Source: Promethearchaeati archaeon SRVP18_Atabeyarchaeia-1 (GTDB lineage: Archaea > Asgardarchaeota > Atabeyarchaeia > Atabeyarchaeales > Atabeyarchaeaceae). From it: DNA of 64,000 nt. Made by a program: the position numbers and the translations under genes. Each line of letters begins with the position of its first letter. The first letter of the stretch is position 1. Below, piece after piece: positions 60,348 to 64,000 of the stretch. The stretch is taken from the NCBI GenBank assembly GCA_037308085.1, contig CP147779.1:1952001-2016000 (forward strand), given 5' to 3'. The notes beneath the pieces were generated by a model. That model was not told where the DNA came from. It ran no database searches and worked only from the letters and a program-made list of their open reading frames with translations.

Positions 60348-61836
60348 GATATCGGAGAGATTAACGGACGAGAAAAGCGGCTCAGTTGACTTGCCCAAAG
60401 GCTGGATTAGAGTTTCTTTGGGAGACTATGTTTTCATTGCAGCCAGAATCGGATGGAGAGGTTTGAAGAAGAGTGAATACCTAAAAGAAGGACCACTATT
60501 CCTGGCGGTCAAGGACATTCGAGAGGACGGAACAATAGACTGGGATGGTATCACAGACCATCTAAATGATTTCAGATATTCTGAGTCCCCGGAAATACAG
60601 TTGAAAGATCATGATGTACTTGTCACAAAGGATGGAACGATCGGGAAAATAGGTTTCCTAGAAAGCGTTCCCTCCAAGGCAACAGTGAATTCCTCCATTC
60701 TGGTTGTGCGACCTTGTCTAGGGATTTTGCCAAAATTCCTGTTCTACTATTTTAGGGGTCCAGAATTTCAGGATATAGTTGAAGAAAAGGTTACCGGCAC
60801 TGCAGTGCCACACTTGTTCCAACACGACATTAAGAGATTTCAGCTAAATGTACCTCCCTTCGTTGAGCAAAAACGAATAGTCGCCAAAATCGAAGAACTC
60901 TTCCAAGAACTCCGTTCATCGGAACAGGGAGTCTGCAAAGCTATGCTTCTGGTGAAGCGATTCCACCAGTGGGTTTTCGAAGCGGCAGTTGTTGGAGAAC
61001 TTACGGCGGAGTGGAGGGAAGCTCATAAGAGTGACTCTGAATCAGCATCAGTTCTTCTCGAGAAGATAAGGGAGAATCTGAAAAGTGGTCTCGGCTCAAG
61101 GCGCGCGGAAAAGCCTCTAAGAGAAATAGAGTTACCTCGGCTCCCGGAATGTTGGGCATGGACGACAGTAGGTGACATTTCAGAGATGGCTCAGTATGGA
61201 TATACCTCAAGTTCCAGCTCAGACCCCATTGGACCGAAGATGCTCAGAATAACGGATATCCAACACGATACTGTAGACTGGAGAGCTGTGCCATACTGCA
61301 GGATAGCAGATCAAGAGAAGCGGAAATTCCTGCTAGGCGAGGGGGATCTTGTTTTTGCGAGAACTGGGGCAACGGTCGGAAAGAGTTATCTCATTAAAGG
61401 CGAAATACCCGAGGCCATCTTCGCTTCGTACCTTATCAGAGTCGTAATTTCCCGTCTCATTAACAAGGAATTTGTCTACTATTTCTTCCATTCCGATATG
61501 TACTGGTCGCAGATACGAGCGAGGCAAGTAGGGACCGGTCAACCCAATGTGAATTCCCGGATGTTATCAGAAATAAACCTGCCCTTGCCGCCGCTTCCCG
61601 AGCAGCAGGAGGTGGTGCAGATGGTCAAAAGCTACCTGTCAATGGTCCAAGAAATTGAGAGGAACATTGGTCTCGCCCTTCAACACATAGAGAAAGCACG
61701 GAAAAGCATCCTGAAGAGTGCGTTTGAAGGCGGACTGGTTCCCCGTGACCCAAGTGATGAACCGGCTTCGATTCTATTGGAACGAATGAAGGCTAAACGT
61801 GCAGCCAGCAAAAAGAGGGATATTTCCTCGAAATGA
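60340..61836 (+). CDS. hsdS: Type I specificity subunit S
   Basis: LPKGW, two TRDs, PPFVEQKRIV / PPLPEQQEVV, AFEG..VP.DP.DEPA. Confidence 0.93.
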   Translation: MDEISERLTDEKSGSVDLPKGWIRVSLGDYVFIAARIGWRGLKKSEYLKEGPLFLAVKDIREDGTIDWDGITDHLNDFRYSESPEIQLKDHDVLVTKDGTIGKIGFLESVPSKATVNSSILVVRPCLGILPKFLFYYFRGPEFQDIVEEKVTGTAVPHLFQHDIKRFQLNVPPFVEQKRIVAKIEELFQELRSSEQGVCKAMLLVKRFHQWVFEAAVVGELTAEWREAHKSDSESASVLLEKIRENLKSGLGSRRAEKPLREIELPRLPECWAWTTVGDISEMAQYGYTSSSSSDPIGPKMLRITDIQHDTVDWRAVPYCRIADQEKRKFLLGEGDLVFARTGATVGKSYLIKGEIPEAIFASYLIRVVISRLINKEFVYYFFHSDMYWSQIRARQVGTGQPNVNSRMLSEINLPLPPLPEQQEVVQMVKSYLSMVQEIERNIGLALQHIEKARKSILKSAFEGGLVPRDPSDEPASILLERMKAKRAASKKRDISSK

Positions 61837-62381
61837 GGGCGGCAGCCTTATGAAGAGACTAAGAGGAAAGACAGGCAGAACGCACAAGCCTATGAGGCAA
61901 GCGGTATTGTTTGAAATGAGGCACACTCTCGACAAGTCGATTTGCCCCAGACAAACTTGGTGGTTGGAGTGCTGTCGAACAGAGGCTACGCAAGATTGCT
62001 AGAATGCCTTACTGGGATTAGGATGTCTTCGCCAGCGTCGGTATTTTATCGGTTGCACCTTTTCTGTCTCGGATCTTAGGGGCAATGGAGCTCTCTCGAA
62101 TAACTACTTCTGATTAACGAAGGCTACCGTCTTTAGGACTAGGGGAAAACTGGAATCTCAGCGCAGATGTTCCAAGCTATCCTCAGTACATGATTTGCTT
62201 GGAACAGATAATCGCTGGGTGTGTATGCGCTTTCCAAAGGCGGGTGAACTGCAATTCGGATCATTATCAAATCGTCAATGGAGCGAATTCACTCGAGGAC
62301 CATGCCTAATTATTGTGGTGATGATAGGGGTCTTTTTAATCCTTGAGGGTTACTCCCTGATGGTAGCTGGGATCTAGATGG

Positions 62382-62861
62382 TTGAAAGGAAAGGTGGATG
62401 TAGCCTTGCTCACAGAAGAAGAGAACGAGTGGCAAGTAGCCGACGATTTGAAGGAAGCCCGAATGAAGCGGTGGCAGGAGTGGTCTCGAGCCCACAAGAA
62501 GGAACGAAGCGAGTACAGCAAAGTCCAGAATATGAGGCAGCGTGATGAGGTTCATGAATGGCTTGGTGGCAGTTGTTTTGTCTGTGGCTCCAGAAATGCA
62601 TTGGAGATTCATCATCTGCGCGACAGACATGGAACGGCTAGCCGGGTCTTCTCAATCTCGGAGGCGAGAAGGAATCCTAGAGGGCTTGTGTTGCTGTGTT
62701 TCAAACACCACAAGGTTATCCACGCAGGCAATCTCAAGTCCTACAGACTGCTCAAATGGCTCTTCGAAGTGGCCAGAGCATCTTCATACCGCATGAACCT
62801 GCGCGAGCTGCTACCAAAGCAAATCGGAAAGCGAAGTCGCACACAGGTCTTCAGTACTTGA
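62382..62861 (+). CDS. HNH endonuclease
   Basis: CFVCGSRNALEIHH...LLCFKHHKVIH. Confidence 0.7.
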   Translation: MKGKVDVALLTEEENEWQVADDLKEARMKRWQEWSRAHKKERSEYSKVQNMRQRDEVHEWLGGSCFVCGSRNALEIHHLRDRHGTASRVFSISEARRNPRGLVLLCFKHHKVIHAGNLKSYRLLKWLFEVARASSYRMNLRELLPKQIGKRSRTQVFST

Positions 62862-63080
62862 AATCCACCAAGGAAGCCAGCTCTTTCCCCGAATGCTTCC
62901 GCGCCTGGAGTGTCCCACCCTCGAAGACGTCTACCCAGCGATCGCCTATTTAAATAGCCTAACAGCTATTCAACCCTGCCCGACCGAAGCTTCCAGAAAT
63001 CGCAACGCATTTGTCTTCTTCATGATGCGTGGAATGCCCCCAAGTGCATATCGTATAATGCCTCCAATACCGTCTACGTC

Positions 63081-63953
63081 TCATGTTCTGATCAGGCCTA
63101 GGCGTGCCAGTTCTTCTTCGGTGTCTCGCATGTCTATTGCCTCGTATATTGCAGTTGTGTCTCGGTTCTTGTGGTGTAGTAAGTTCTGCAGGTATTCCGT
63201 TCTGACGTTTCTGCGTCTCATGGCGACAGCGAATGTGTGTCTCAACATGTGTGGTGAGATCCTCTTGGTTATCCCGCCTTTTCTGGCAACCCTTTCTACG
63301 GTGTATTGAAGCCCTCTCCTTGAGAGGTGGATAAGGAGATCGTCGCTTTCGAGTCGTTGCTCTTGGACATGGCGTCTGATGAGTTTCGCCGCGTCTTCGT
63401 CAATAAGGGCGGGGACAATGATGTAGGGGCGTACGGCACCTCGCTTCAGCCTAACATTAAGATGACTGGTTTCGAGGTCGATATCTTTCACCTTCAGACT
63501 GAGAAGTTCTCCCATTCGCATTCCTGTGCTTACGAGCAGGTTGACAATGAGCTTTTCTCTGGGACTTGAAGCTGCGCTTAGGAACCTTTCTTTCTCTTCC
63601 TCGGTCAGGTAGATTGGGTTTCGGGGCGGCCTTGCCATCCTGGCGGTTCTGGGCATGGGGCTCCCGGTGATTCTGCCGCTGTCAACCATGTACTGAAAGA
63701 AGGATGAGAGGCATGCTCTCGTGGCGATTATTGATGATCTCCTGTACGCGTGCTTGTGGACTCTGTCGCCGCTCGGCTTGCTGAGGTATTCTATGAAGGC
63801 TGCCAGGTCCTGCCTTGTGATCTTCTTGATGTTCCTGTCGTCTGCGAGGAAACGCCGGAACATTCCCAGGGTGTATCCGTATTGTTTGGGTGTTAGGTCG
63901 GAGGTGTCTCTGAGCTTGAGCTGACCTAGGAAGGCTTCAATTTCCTGGTTCAT
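63081..63953 (-). CDS. Xer-family tyrosine recombinase/integrase
   Basis: SAM-like N-domain; TGMRMGE, K, HMLRHTFA, LLHH, TTAIY; catalytic residues intact. Confidence 0.92.
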   Translation of the reverse strand: MNQEIEAFLGQLKLRDTSDLTPKQYGYTLGMFRRFLADDRNIKKITRQDLAAFIEYLSKPSGDRVHKHAYRRSSIIATRACLSSFFQYMVDSGRITGSPMPRTARMARPPRNPIYLTEEEKERFLSAASSPREKLIVNLLVSTGMRMGELLSLKVKDIDLETSHLNVRLKRGAVRPYIIVPALIDEDAAKLIRRHVQEQRLESDDLLIHLSRRGLQYTVERVARKGGITKRISPHMLRHTFAVAMRRRNVRTEYLQNLLHHKNRDTTAIYEAIDMRDTEEELARLGLIRT

Positions 63954-63976
63954 GGGTCTGCAACCCCGTTATTTTT

Positions 63977-64000
63977 GCTTCGCAAAAACTGTATTATGTG
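63977..64000 (+). other. dif-like site immediately upstream of the recombinase (truncated by window edge)
   Basis: GCTTCGCAAAA-ACTGTA-TTATGTG... Confidence 0.6.

Noticed and set aside
1-64000. CRISPR array, cas genes, tRNA or rRNA
   Set aside because: No regularly spaced repeat-spacer series or structural RNA gene was seen by eye. The RuvC proteins sit in IS ends and are TnpB, not Cas12.

Overview
A 64-kb accessory region from an archaeal genome. Markers of archaeal origin are XPB-Bax1, TBP, NurA/HerA and TATA-box promoters; the lineage cannot be determined from this window. 1-24 kb: xpb/bax1, three MNT-HEPN toxin-antitoxin pairs, PfpI, an orphan N6-adenine MTase, two GH130 genes and secreted proteins. 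This part also carries many IS200/IS605 and IS607 elements, and a further IS607-derived tnpB lies at 43.4-44.8 kb. Across the window there are five full-length tnpB, two remnants, a 230-bp tnpB-less omegaRNA mini-element and two orphan omegaRNA-like leaders. 24-64 kb: a defence/mobile island with a UvrD-nuclease, HNH proteins, an N4C-type MTase, a non-canonical NurA-HerA-micropeptide-SMC-like-wHTH operon lacking Mre11, several PD-(D/E)XK nucleases, a RecA1-TRD fusion, an extra TBP, a complete type I R-M system and a Xer-type tyrosine recombinase. The most notable signal is five directly oriented 28-bp dif-like sites (11-6-11 bp, shared NTCGGY core) at 36391-47346. They separate unrelated gene modules, and a sixth site lies just upstream of the Xer recombinase, suggesting an integron-like Xer/dif gene-cassette array. 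Two genes (the SMC-like ATPase and the glycyl radical enzyme) appear to start at SD-led ACG codons. All calls come from reading motifs by eye; no database searches were run.
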